Positions 1 through 9,315 of a stretch of DNA of 30,498 nt are shown in pieces. Under the pieces are notes generated by a model, which worked only from the letters and a program-made list of their open reading frames with translations, searched no databases and had not been told where the DNA came from. Made by a program: the position numbers and the translations under genes. Positions within the stretch are counted from its first letter, which is position 1. Each line of letters opens with the position of its first letter. Source of the stretch: Candidatus Parcubacteria bacterium (GTDB taxonomy: Bacteria; Patescibacteriota; Minisyncoccia; Phycocordibacterales; CAIZLB01); NCBI GenBank assembly GCA_046049705.1, contig JBJOQZ010000037.1, positions 1-30,498 of the forward strand, in the 5' to 3' direction.

Positions 1-2
1 CT

Positions 3-278
3 ACGACATTTGTTACTACGGATTCAGTAAGTGGGCAATCAACCACTACAAGTTTCTATGTAGTAGGAGATAAACTAAGAATCTCAGAAAACGGTATTGA
101 TCTTGGTCCTCTTACAAAAGAAAGCGTTAAAGTAATTGGATTTGATGTGAAATTAATCCAAAACTCTAATTCAAAGGCAATCAAGATAGAATTGAGTTTA
201 CTATCAGATGAAGCTACACCTGCAGTAATTTCAAAAAACTTTTATAATACAGTGGTCATTCGGGGGAGCTATCAATAA
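3..278 (+). CDS. 5'-truncated C-terminus of a probable type IV minor pilin-like protein
   Basis: Open frame from position 3 to TAA 276-278, ending KNFYNTVVIRGSYQ. It resembles C-termini of CPR pilin-like (PilW/PulJ-type) proteins and lies directly upstream of a PilX-like gene. Translated by hand. Confidence 0.55.
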   Translation, partial: TTFVTTDSVSGQSTTTSFYVVGDKLRISENGIDLGPLTKESVKVIGFDVKLIQNSNSKAIKIELSLLSDEATPAVISKNFYNTVVIRGSYQ

Positions 279-290
279 TGTAAGGTACAT

Positions 291-2042
291 ATGCATATAT
301 CAAAAAAACAATATAAAGTGTCGCAAAGTGGGCAGGTGGTCATGATTGCTGTCATGATTTTCTTGGTATTATCAGTGGTGGTAGTTGTTGGTATTTCATC
401 ACCTATTGCTTCTCAAATTAGAAATAGTAGCTTGGTGTTACAAACAAGAAAAAGCGTAAATGCTGCCGATGTATTGCAAGATGATGCACTATACCGTCTT
501 AATTCAGGCCGAACACTTCCTGCGACCATTGTCCTCTCTCTAAATGATTCTACTTCTACGGCACAAATTGCAGATGTCGGTGGAGCAAAACAAATCATAG
601 CTATCGGTGAATCAGGTCGTACAGAAAGAGCGTCTCGTGCAACATATAGCCAAGGTACAGGTGTATCAATCAACTATGGGCTTCAAGTTGGAAACGGTGG
701 TCTAGATATGAGTGGAGGACCGACAATATATGGAAATGTATACTCAAATGGAAACATAACTGGTTCTGGTGGATCTACAATCACCGGAAGCGCTAGTGTT
801 GCCTCATATCTAAGTTCGTCACCGATTCTTGAAAATAGTGCCACTGGAACTCCGTTTGCTAATATCGAAGTGGGTAAATCAAACAATGTTCAGCTGATTG
901 CTCAAAAATTTAGACTAGGTACAGCAAATCAAATTACTGCAATTAGTTTGTATGTCAAGAAAAGTGGAGCACCTGCAAATGCAACAATTAAAATCTTCAA
1001 TAATAGCGGAGGGTCAGTAGGGACTAGTCAGCAGGGAAGTACCGGGAGTATGAGTGCATCTTTGGTGACAACTGCTTATGATTGGATTGAGGTATATCCA
1101 TCGAGTCCAATATCACTGAGTGCGAATACTGATTATTGGCTTACTGTTGAATATCAAGGAAGCAATGCGAACTACTATACATTTGCTACCAACAATAATG
1201 CATATTCAGATGGTACTCTGAAGCTCAGAAATAAATCAGGTTCTTCTTGGGGGAGTTACTATGATGCAAGTCCGAACACTCAAGATATGTATTTCCAACT
1301 GATGACCGGTGCAACAGGGAGTATATCTGGTTTGATTGTAAATGGAAATGCAAATGCAGCAGTCGTAAATAGTTCTACCGTTGGTGGTAGTTTATATTGT
1401 CAGATGGGTAGTGGTAATAATAAGTCTTGCGATACCAGTCAACCTCTTCCTTCGGCTCTCCCTATGCCAGTCTCTGCCGCAAATATTCAAGCGTGGAAGG
1501 ATAATGCAGAGTCTGGAACAATTAGAAATTCAAGCTGGTCTATCGGTGGATCGACTATAGCGAGTACTACTGGTGCGATGAAAATTGTAGGTGACCTCAC
1601 TGTAAATGGTAGTGGTGTATTAGAGCTCAATGGCCCACTTTGGGTCACTGGTACTTTGAGTGTTAGCGGAGGTGGTGTAATTCGACTATCAAGTGCATAT
1701 GGAACTGGAGATGAGGTTATAGTGGTTGATCAGGCAAGTTTGACAGGAGGAGGTATGGTAACTGGTAATGGACAAGCGAGTAATTACATACTGCTAGTTG
1801 CAGAAGATAATACAAGTAATGCTATTGAGGCTTCGGGTGGTACAGGTTCAGTTGTTTTAGTTGCCCCTTATGGAACAATCACATTTAGTGGTGGTACATC
1901 TGCAAAGTCAGCAATTGCAAATCGTATGGTTATGTCAGGTGGTACAACTCTAGTATACGAATCAGGCTTAGCTGATATTTCATTTACAACAGGTCCTTCT
2001 GGTGCTTGGAATGTAGATGATTGGAGAGAAATCGCGCAGTAG
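291..2042 (+). CDS. PilX-like type IV pilus accessory/adhesin protein, Gly/Ser/Thr-rich beta-rich passenger
   Basis: Class III signal-like N-terminus (KVSQSG|QVVMIAVMIFLVLSVVVVVG) with a hydrophobic residue at +5, a G/S/T/N-rich beta-strand body and a WREI C-terminus. Confidence 0.65.
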   Translation: MHISKKQYKVSQSGQVVMIAVMIFLVLSVVVVVGISSPIASQIRNSSLVLQTRKSVNAADVLQDDALYRLNSGRTLPATIVLSLNDSTSTAQIADVGGAKQIIAIGESGRTERASRATYSQGTGVSINYGLQVGNGGLDMSGGPTIYGNVYSNGNITGSGGSTITGSASVASYLSSSPILENSATGTPFANIEVGKSNNVQLIAQKFRLGTANQITAISLYVKKSGAPANATIKIFNNSGGSVGTSQQGSTGSMSASLVTTAYDWIEVYPSSPISLSANTDYWLTVEYQGSNANYYTFATNNNAYSDGTLKLRNKSGSSWGSYYDASPNTQDMYFQLMTGATGSISGLIVNGNANAAVVNSSTVGGSLYCQMGSGNNKSCDTSQPLPSALPMPVSAANIQAWKDNAESGTIRNSSWSIGGSTIASTTGAMKIVGDLTVNGSGVLELNGPLWVTGTLSVSGGGVIRLSSAYGTGDEVIVVDQASLTGGGMVTGNGQASNYILLVAEDNTSNAIEASGGTGSVVLVAPYGTITFSGGTSAKSAIANRMVMSGGTTLVYESGLADISFTTGPSGAWNVDDWREIAQ

Positions 2043-2070
2043 AAAGATCTGCGGGCCAATTGTGTAAAAG

Positions 2071-2100
2071 TAAAAAAGCACTGGAAACAGTGCTTTTTTA
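2071..2100. terminator. Bidirectional intrinsic terminator
   Basis: Perfect 13-bp stem TAAAAAAGCACTG-GAAA-CAGTGCTTTTTTA with a GNRA loop and A/T tracts. Confidence 0.85.
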
Positions 2101-2106
2101 CTCCCA

Positions 2107-2115
2107 TGATATAAT
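2107..2115 (+). promoter_or_regulatory. Extended -10 promoter (TGnTATAAT) for tpiA, probably leaderless
   Basis: TGaTATAAT, followed 7 nt later by ATG 2123. Confidence 0.6.
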
Positions 2116-2122
2116 GTCTAAC

Positions 2123-3178
2123 ATGATTCAAAAAAGAAAAAAACTGCTTATGGCAGCAAACTGGAAGATGACTCCAGCTACAGAACAAGAGGCAAAAAAG
2201 AAAGCTCTTTCTTTCAAGAATATCTCAAAAAAATATCAAAAATTAACTAAAGATCAAATAGGACTTGAAATCTTGGTCTGTCCACCATTTCCATACCTTT
2301 CTGCTCTAAGTCAAATATTTAAAAACTCTCAAGCAAGAGTCGGTGCTCAAGATGTCTCACAATTTGATGGTGGTTCAAAGACTGCTGAAGTTGGTTCGAC
2401 TATGATTGCCTCAATTGGTGCTACATATACTATTGTTGGTCATAGTGAACGACGCGCTATGGGAGACACAGATGAATTTGTAGCGATCAAACTTGGACAA
2501 GTGATTCGAACTGGTATGACAGGCATTTTATGCATTGGAGAAAAAGTACGTGATCCCGAAGGAGAATATCTAAATGTCATTCAAGCTCAGATAAAGGCAT
2601 CTCTCGCTCGGATGAATAATACAGATTTCGCTCACCTGGTAATCGCATATGAGCCAGTATGGGCGATTGGAAGCGTGGACAATGTCGCATTGTCAGGACA
2701 TGAATTGCATCAGATGATTATTTATATCCGTAAAGTACTTCGTGAACTGTACAATGACTCAATTGCAAGTAGTGTGCGTATTTTATATGGTGGTTCGGTT
2801 CATGAAGGAAACGTCGAAGATATAATCTGGAACGGGGAGGTAGATGGACTTTTGATTGGTCGTGCAAGTTTTGATCCAAAATCATACGAAGCGATTTGTA
2901 AAGCAATTATCTCACCACAACTTGAAGCGCATAAGATTGCAACTCGACAAAAGATTCGCAATATTAAAAAGAATATTAAAGCCAGTCGAGCTCGTATGTC
3001 ACATACCCCACTTAGAGCCCAAATGCAAAAAGCACAGAAAGCTAAGTCAAAGCGTAAAAAAAGCCCAATGAAATCAGGTGCGCAAACAAATCAATCAAAA
3101 GCCAGTATAAAAGGTGGTATAAAAAAGAGTTCAAAAAATCGATCAAAAAGCGGTTCAAATAAAATGAAAAAAAGATAA
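2123..3178 (+). CDS. tpiA: Triosephosphate isomerase with Lys/Arg-rich C-terminal extension
   Basis: Motifs ANWKM, GHSERR, AYEPVWAIG, LYGGSV, LIGRAS. The ORF is open from 2021; start 2123 (or 2114) was chosen from promoter position and homology. Confidence 0.95.
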   Translation: MIQKRKKLLMAANWKMTPATEQEAKKKALSFKNISKKYQKLTKDQIGLEILVCPPFPYLSALSQIFKNSQARVGAQDVSQFDGGSKTAEVGSTMIASIGATYTIVGHSERRAMGDTDEFVAIKLGQVIRTGMTGILCIGEKVRDPEGEYLNVIQAQIKASLARMNNTDFAHLVIAYEPVWAIGSVDNVALSGHELHQMIIYIRKVLRELYNDSIASSVRILYGGSVHEGNVEDIIWNGEVDGLLIGRASFDPKSYEAICKAIISPQLEAHKIATRQKIRNIKKNIKASRARMSHTPLRAQMQKAQKAKSKRKKSPMKSGAQTNQSKASIKGGIKKSSKNRSKSGSNKMKKR

Positions 3179-3246
3179 AGCAAGACATGGTTTTTACTAT
3201 GAACTATGAACATATGTCTTTTATCACTCACATTTAACTAAATAAT

Positions 3247-4431
3247 ATGAAAAAAATTACAGATATTAGTGCTGAAGAATTCAAGGGAAAAGTCATCATC
3301 GTCCGTGTTGATTACAATGTTCCAGTATTTGATGGAAAAGTACTCGATGATGCTCGAATACGTGCGTCATTTCAGACTATTCAATTCTTGAGACAGCACG
3401 GTGCATCGGTTATCCTCATCTCACATATTGAAAATAAACAGGATCCTAGTTTGAGACCTATTGCCACACATCTACAAGAACTCTTTAAAACTGGAAAAAT
3501 AGATTTTGAAGTGGTATTTCACGCTGATTTGCAGACTGCACTTAGTCAGCCTAAGTCTTCATATAGCCAAGGAGGGGTACATCTTTTTGAAAACTTGAGA
3601 TCTGATGAAGGTGAAAAAAATAATGATCCAGCATTTGCTAAACGTCTGGCTGATCTCGCAGATATGTATATAAATGAGGCGTTTCCAGTATGTCATCGAG
3701 AGCATGCTTCTGTTGTGGCTCTCCCAGGACTTTTTCCTCAAGCTCATATGGCTGGTTTTACTTTGATAAATGAAATTGCTCATATCGAAAAAGGCTTACA
3801 TCCGACAAGGCCATTCCTCTTTTTACTCGGTGGAGCGAAGTTTGAGACTAAGCTCCCTTTGATTGAAAAGTTTTTAGCTAGAGCGGATAAGGTAGTGATT
3901 GGAGGTGCTTTATTTAATGATGTACTTAAAGCAAAAGGGTATGAAGTAGGAAAATCGTTAGTAAGTGGAGGAGGTGTAGATATTAGTCATGTGATTGAGC
4001 ATCCAACACTTTTAATTCCAAATGATGTACAAGTTATTGATACGACAGATAAACAAGGAATACGACAGAGTAAGCAGATCGATGCAATCGGGCACGAAGA
4101 TATGATTGTAGACATAGGTACATCACTCGTTGATTCTCTTAAAACATATATATCAGACTGCAAAGCCGAGGGTAAAAATATATTTGTATTGTGGAATGGA
4201 CCAATGGGTCTTTATGAAAAAGGGTATACAGATTGTACAAAAGGACTTGCTGAACTATTTATTTCAGAGGGAGTAGAAGGCTTGGTTGGTGGAGGGGATA
4301 CTTCGGCAGCTATTGCAGATGTTGCAGGTGTCTCAGCTTCAGATTCGCATATGTATGTTTCAACAGGAGGTGGAGCGATGATTGAATATCTTATGAACGA
4401 AACATTGCCTGGGATTGAGGCTTTGAAATAA
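3247..4431 (+). CDS. pgk: Phosphoglycerate kinase
   Basis: Motifs RVDYNVP, LFENLR, YINEAF, LGGAK, WNGPMG, GGGDT, STGGGA. Confidence 0.97.
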   Translation: MKKITDISAEEFKGKVIIVRVDYNVPVFDGKVLDDARIRASFQTIQFLRQHGASVILISHIENKQDPSLRPIATHLQELFKTGKIDFEVVFHADLQTALSQPKSSYSQGGVHLFENLRSDEGEKNNDPAFAKRLADLADMYINEAFPVCHREHASVVALPGLFPQAHMAGFTLINEIAHIEKGLHPTRPFLFLLGGAKFETKLPLIEKFLARADKVVIGGALFNDVLKAKGYEVGKSLVSGGGVDISHVIEHPTLLIPNDVQVIDTTDKQGIRQSKQIDAIGHEDMIVDIGTSLVDSLKTYISDCKAEGKNIFVLWNGPMGLYEKGYTDCTKGLAELFISEGVEGLVGGGDTSAAIADVAGVSASDSHMYVSTGGGAMIEYLMNETLPGIEALK

Positions 4432-4468
4432 TACAAGTCAAAAGAGCCAAAGCTAGTTTCACCTAGAC

Positions 4469-4909
4469 TTATACCATCTCAGCCTTTATCTTCTCTGCAA
4501 TATCATTTGCTTCTTGCGGGTTTGAATATTCTTTATGATCCCAGTGACGGAGTCCATCATCGTTGTGTCTAGGGATAAGGTGAATATGTGCATGGAAAAT
4601 AACCTGTCCTGCTGCAGCTTCATTATTCATAATAATATTTATCCCGTCAGCATTTGTAGCTTGCTTGAGAGCAAGACTTACTTTTTGCACGGTCATCATC
4701 ATTCGACATGCGGTTTCTGCAGGAAGGGTATAGATATTTTCAAAATGATCCTTTGGAATCACAAGGGTGTGACCTGGTTGAGTTGGTCGTATATCAAGGA
4801 AAGCCATTGTATAGTCGTCCTCATATACTTTTATAGTCGGGATATCGCCTTTTAAGATATTGCAAAAGACGCAGTCTGCGACATAGTTTCCGATTTGTAT
4901 ATCATTCAT
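4469..4909 (-). CDS. HIT family nucleotide hydrolase (Hint-like)
   Basis: DCVFC, GHTLVIPK, GQVIFHAHIHLIPR (histidine triad). Start 4909 preferred over 4918 from the -10 position. Confidence 0.93.
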   Translation of the reverse strand: MNDIQIGNYVADCVFCNILKGDIPTIKVYEDDYTMAFLDIRPTQPGHTLVIPKDHFENIYTLPAETACRMMMTVQKVSLALKQATNADGINIIMNNEAAAGQVIFHAHIHLIPRHNDDGLRHWDHKEYSNPQEANDIAEKIKAEMV

Positions 4910-4912
4910 GTG

Positions 4913-4931
4913 TAGCATTCTATGCTAAAAT
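4913..4931. promoter_or_regulatory. Back-to-back -10 elements (bidirectional promoter) for HIT and recJ
   Basis: Plus strand TGcTAAAAT 4923-4931 and minus strand TAGAAT 4922-4917, each 7 nt from its ATG. The palindrome TAGCAT-TCT-ATGCTA spans 4913-4927. Confidence 0.6.
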
Positions 4932-4938
4932 CCCGATT

Positions 4939-6816
4939 ATGTCAGCTCAATCCACCATCTCATCAAGCACTGAACCTAAAGATGGTATAACACCTCAATT
5001 GCCTGCTCAGCCTGCCAAGGCCACTCAACCTAAAAAGAGATATCAATATAAAAAAGATCAACTCGCAAAAGGTGATAATCTCCTTGAGCATTTATTGGCG
5101 ATTCGAGGGATCGAGGGTGAGGATAGAGATATATTTTTATCCCCAGATTTTGAGACAAATGTGCACGATCCATTTTTATTGAAAGATATGCAGAAAGTCG
5201 TAGACCGTATCTTGAGTGCTATTGAAGCTGGTGAGAAAATCCTTATTTATTCAGACTATGATGCCGATGGACTTCCAGGGGCAGCTATCGCACATGATTT
5301 TTTTACTACTCTTGGGTATGAACATGTTGCATATATTACTCCAGATCGACATGTCGATGGTTTTGGTGTGCATAGTCATATTGCGCGGACATATATTGAA
5401 GAGGGGTATACTCTTATTATTACTATCGATTGTGGAATCGCGGACAGTGCAGTAGCGGCTGAAATTAAGCAACTATATCCACAAGTAGACATTATTATAT
5501 CTGATCACCATCTTCCTGGAGCTGTGCTACCAGATGTATTTGCAATTATCAATCCAAAGCAAGCAGATTGTATGTATCCAGAGAAAATGCTTTGCGGTGC
5601 AGCAGTGATGTGGAAAATAGTACATGCGATTATTTTGCATATGCGAGAGACAGGGCACACTTCATCAGCGCAGTTCAAAAATGGATATGAAAAATGGCTT
5701 CTTGATTTAGCAGGTATGGCTACTCTATCTGACATGGTTCCACTCCGAGGTGAAAATAGGGTACTTGCTTATTATGGGTTGATAGTACTCCGTAAGACAA
5801 AACGACCTGGGCTACAAGCTCTTTGTACTACAAATAATCTCGAACTGTACAATATTGTGGAAGAAGATATTACATTTACCTTATCTCCAAGGATAAATGT
5901 CGCTTCACGATTAGCTGAACCAAAGCTTGCCTTCAATCTTTTGACTGCAAAAAACTATGACGATGCAGTATTGATTGCAAAAGAATTAAATCAAATCAAT
6001 ACAAAGCGTAAGACAATGGTTGCCCAGACTGTGAAGCAAGCAATGAAATTGATATCAGAAAAGTATCCGGATACAAGCAAGGTACCACTTCTCGTTCTTG
6101 GTAATCCAGATTGGAAACCACCGATTTTAGGGCTAGTAGCAACACATATTACAAAGCATATTCCAAAGCCGGTTTGGGTTTGGGGGAGGAGCGATGATGG
6201 TGTACTCAAAGGATCAATTAGATCAGTTGAAGGGTTTGATGTGGTCGAAATTATGTCTCATACTCCAAGTGAATTATTTATAAATAAAGGCGGGCATGCT
6301 ATGTCGGGCGGGTTTGCTATTGATTCAGATTGTATTCATAATTTGGAAAAAGAGCTTGTATGCGCATATGAAAAGGTACATGGGGTACATGAGCCTCTTG
6401 CTCATAGTTCAATTAATGAACATGGAGAGAATCAAGGTGAGTTTTATACAGAACAAGGTATAAGCCAAGAAATCGAAAAGACATATTATATTGATGCAGA
6501 ACTTCAGCCGGTAGATATTCATTCTGGTACATATGGAATAATTTCAAAATTAGCCCCGTTTGGTGTAGACAATGAAAAGCCTCTCTTTGCAATCACTGGT
6601 GTAAGTATAAAAGGGATGAAATTTTTTGGAAAAACTAAAGAGCATCTTGAAGTTGATTGCGGTAATTTCAAAGCTATTCAATTTTTCTCAACATATGCAG
6701 AGGATCAATTTGAAGATATGAAGAAAAAGGCAAAAGTAACCCTCATTGGGCATATTGAGAAGAATCAGTTTCGAGGGGCTACAGATATCAGATTAAGGTT
6801 GGTGGATATTGTATAA
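4939..6816 (+). CDS. recJ: Single-stranded DNA exonuclease RecJ (DHH family)
   Basis: SDYDADG, ITIDCG, SDHH, SDMVPL..ENR, GSIRS, GGHAMSGG, PFGVDNEKP motifs. Confidence 0.95.
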   Translation: MSAQSTISSSTEPKDGITPQLPAQPAKATQPKKRYQYKKDQLAKGDNLLEHLLAIRGIEGEDRDIFLSPDFETNVHDPFLLKDMQKVVDRILSAIEAGEKILIYSDYDADGLPGAAIAHDFFTTLGYEHVAYITPDRHVDGFGVHSHIARTYIEEGYTLIITIDCGIADSAVAAEIKQLYPQVDIIISDHHLPGAVLPDVFAIINPKQADCMYPEKMLCGAAVMWKIVHAIILHMRETGHTSSAQFKNGYEKWLLDLAGMATLSDMVPLRGENRVLAYYGLIVLRKTKRPGLQALCTTNNLELYNIVEEDITFTLSPRINVASRLAEPKLAFNLLTAKNYDDAVLIAKELNQINTKRKTMVAQTVKQAMKLISEKYPDTSKVPLLVLGNPDWKPPILGLVATHITKHIPKPVWVWGRSDDGVLKGSIRSVEGFDVVEIMSHTPSELFINKGGHAMSGGFAIDSDCIHNLEKELVCAYEKVHGVHEPLAHSSINEHGENQGEFYTEQGISQEIEKTYYIDAELQPVDIHSGTYGIISKLAPFGVDNEKPLFAITGVSIKGMKFFGKTKEHLEVDCGNFKAIQFFSTYAEDQFEDMKKKAKVTLIGHIEKNQFRGATDIRLRLVDIV

Positions 6817-6824
6817 TAGACTTC

Positions 6825-7718
6825 ATGAATCAATTTGAATCACAGATAGAAGGTACTACTTCAGAAGTTGCTTTAGATATGCAGCTGATTGCGTATACAG
6901 ATGGAGCTTCACGCGGTAATCCTGGACGAGGAGGGTATGGTGCCGTAGTCATCTATCCAGATAGTAAAGGAAAAATGCATATCGATGAAATAGGCGGCTA
7001 TGAAGACCCGACGACAAATAATCGTATGGAACTTTCCGCAGTGCTTGGTGCACTCAGTCATTTCATTGGATATTATGATCAGGCCTCGATTGAATCAATT
7101 CTCGAATTAAAGTCAGGTCCTACAGGAAAGGTAGATCAAAAACTATTGTTTTCAATATATACAGATTCGAGCTATGTTCTCAAAGGGATAAATGAATGGA
7201 TTCATGGATGGAAGCGAAACAATTGGATTACCTCGACAAAAGAGCCAGTTAAAAATGAAGATATTTGGCGAAAACTTGATGATACTTTGCTTGCTCTTAA
7301 AAAATTACCAATAGATATCAAATGGGTCTTACTTCCAGGACATGCGGGGGTGCCAGGCAATGAACGGGCTGATGAAATCGCAACCGGGTACGCAGATAAA
7401 AAAGATGAGTATAGGCAGTACCTATATAAAGGTAAAATTGAAGACTATCAAAATAAAAATGTTTTAGTGCCACCGACGATGGAAGATATTGTGAAAGCTA
7501 AAAAGGATAAAGATAGTCAATCTAAAAAAAGCAGCAAAAGTTCGTCTGGGACAAAAGCATATTCTTATGTCAGCTTGGTTAATGGGATATTGTATACAGA
7601 TAAGACATGGGCAGAATGTGAGAAAAGAGTTAAAGGTGTTTCAGGGGTTAAGTTTAAAAAATCAATTTCTGTTGAAGATGAAGAAATGATAAAAAAAGAA
7701 TTTACAAAAAATATATAA
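6825..7718 (+). CDS. rnhA: Ribonuclease HI with C-terminal hybrid-binding (Cauli_VI-like) domain
   Basis: YTDGASRGNPG, TNNRMEL, YTDSSY, GHAG..GNERADE. The C-terminal segment is YSYVSLVNG..KTWAECEKRVKG..KFKK. Confidence 0.93.
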   Translation: MNQFESQIEGTTSEVALDMQLIAYTDGASRGNPGRGGYGAVVIYPDSKGKMHIDEIGGYEDPTTNNRMELSAVLGALSHFIGYYDQASIESILELKSGPTGKVDQKLLFSIYTDSSYVLKGINEWIHGWKRNNWITSTKEPVKNEDIWRKLDDTLLALKKLPIDIKWVLLPGHAGVPGNERADEIATGYADKKDEYRQYLYKGKIEDYQNKNVLVPPTMEDIVKAKKDKDSQSKKSSKSSSGTKAYSYVSLVNGILYTDKTWAECEKRVKGVSGVKFKKSISVEDEEMIKKEFTKNI

Positions 7719-7728
7719 GTATCAGTAC

Positions 7729-7766
7729 AAAATAAAAACCATCTATGAATCGATGGTTTTTATTTT
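7729..7766. repeat. 15-bp perfect inverted repeat with the comEC ATG in its loop
   Basis: AAAATAAAAACCATC-tATGaatc-GATGGTTTTTATTTT. Confidence 0.8.
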
Positions 7767-9268
7767 TGTTCTGCATATGTGGCATTGCATTGTATATATT
7801 TCGCTTTTATACCTGGCCAAGCGAGGACTGGTACTTGAAAAATATTTCAGATCAACTCAAAGAACAAGATGTAGTTTGGTATTTAGAAGTGGTAGATGAA
7901 CCTGATATAAAAAACTTTGCAATTGATATTGTCGGGTACATCAGAGCATATTGTTTAGGTGATAATCAAGTATGTCAAAAAAAAGATATAGACAAGCGAT
8001 TCAAGACTAAGATTTATATACCAAGATCAAAATTCAATACTACTGAAAATCAGAGTATAGGTATGGAAGATATTAAAGTAGGAGATGAATTGGTGATTAA
8101 AGGTAAACTCAAGTTGCTTTCTGATCAGAAAAAAGAAAAAGAAGAGACGGGGCAAGGATATCTATCTTCAACCTCTACCGCATTGCAAAAAAGAATTGAA
8201 GTAAACAATAAAAAGAATAAAATATTTTCTACAATTCAAATCGACAAGATGTTGCAGATTGAGCTGCGAACAGAATTTCATTTTAAACGATTTCTTATTT
8301 CTGTTCGCAAGTATATTGAATCAAGTATTGCTAGATTCATCCCCAGTCCAGAAAGCGATTTGGCGGCAGGATTAGTGGTCTCTGGAAAAGACTCGCTATC
8401 CAAAGAGATATTAGAAGAGTTTAAAAGAGTTGGACTTATACATATCGTGGTTTTATCGGGCTCAAATGTTTCTATTATTTCTCAGGCACTTTTTAGTGCA
8501 CTTCGATTTGCACCACTTCTTATGAAAACAGTATTGGGTATATTTTTTATGACATGCTTTGCGGTCATGACTGGAGCTTCGCCGCCAGTTGTGCGATCGG
8601 TATTTATGAGTTCAGTGCCACTTCTTCTAACACCGTTGTTGAGCAAAATTCCAAAAAGAGATGTTCGGGTTGTTACTGGTACAAGTGGCCAGGTGAGTAA
8701 AAATAAAATAAGTATTTTTGAAAGTAATGCGACATTGGGGGTACTTCTTTTTGTTGTGTTAATTATGTCTATAATCAATCCACTGTATCCAATATATGAT
8801 ATTTCTTTTCAATTAAGTTTCTTGGCAACATTCGGGCTCATCGTCCTTTCTGGTCCGATATCAAAAAGACTGACTTTTATTCCGCAGCATTTTGGGATTA
8901 GGGAGATAGTAGCATCATCGCTCGCGACCCAGGTGTATATTGGTCCGCTTTTGTTACACATGAGTGGAGGCCTCTCAATTGTGTTTTTAATTGCAAATGT
9001 AGTTGTGCTTCCGCTACTACCTATCTTGATGTTCTTTATTTTTCTCCTTCCGTTTACTGGTTTCATTCTGCCTATACTTGCAGATGTAATCGGTAAAGTT
9101 TCATATATCTTATTACATTTCGTCATGCGATTTACCCACACTTTGTCCACATTTCCCTTAGCAGTTGTGGATTATGAAGGATTGTCTGGTACCGCCACCG
9201 CTGTCATATACATCTTCCTATTCATAATTACCGCACTATTTTTATCTTTTCCACAGCGCTGTGAATAA
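7745..9268 (+). CDS. comEC: ComEC/Rec2 competence membrane protein (no MBL domain)
   Basis: N-terminal TM, OB-like region, GLIHIVVLSGSNVS, PPVVRS..M, NP...DISFQLSFLAT, ANVVVLP and multiple TM helices. Confidence 0.9.
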   Translation: MNRWFLFLFCICGIALYIFRFYTWPSEDWYLKNISDQLKEQDVVWYLEVVDEPDIKNFAIDIVGYIRAYCLGDNQVCQKKDIDKRFKTKIYIPRSKFNTTENQSIGMEDIKVGDELVIKGKLKLLSDQKKEKEETGQGYLSSTSTALQKRIEVNNKKNKIFSTIQIDKMLQIELRTEFHFKRFLISVRKYIESSIARFIPSPESDLAAGLVVSGKDSLSKEILEEFKRVGLIHIVVLSGSNVSIISQALFSALRFAPLLMKTVLGIFFMTCFAVMTGASPPVVRSVFMSSVPLLLTPLLSKIPKRDVRVVTGTSGQVSKNKISIFESNATLGVLLFVVLIMSIINPLYPIYDISFQLSFLATFGLIVLSGPISKRLTFIPQHFGIREIVASSLATQVYIGPLLLHMSGGLSIVFLIANVVVLPLLPILMFFIFLLPFTGFILPILADVIGKVSYILLHFVMRFTHTLSTFPLAVVDYEGLSGTATAVIYIFLFIITALFLSFPQRCE

Positions 9269-9315
9269 CCTTGTGTACAAGTTACACACATATACACATG
9301 TGGAAATGTGGAAAA
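9247..9315. promoter_or_regulatory. Cluster of DnaA-box-like 9-mers
   Basis: Seven TTWTNCACA matches in 69 bp: three perfect (9247, 9260, 9307) and four with one mismatch (9272, 9282, 9290, 9299). Confidence 0.65.
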
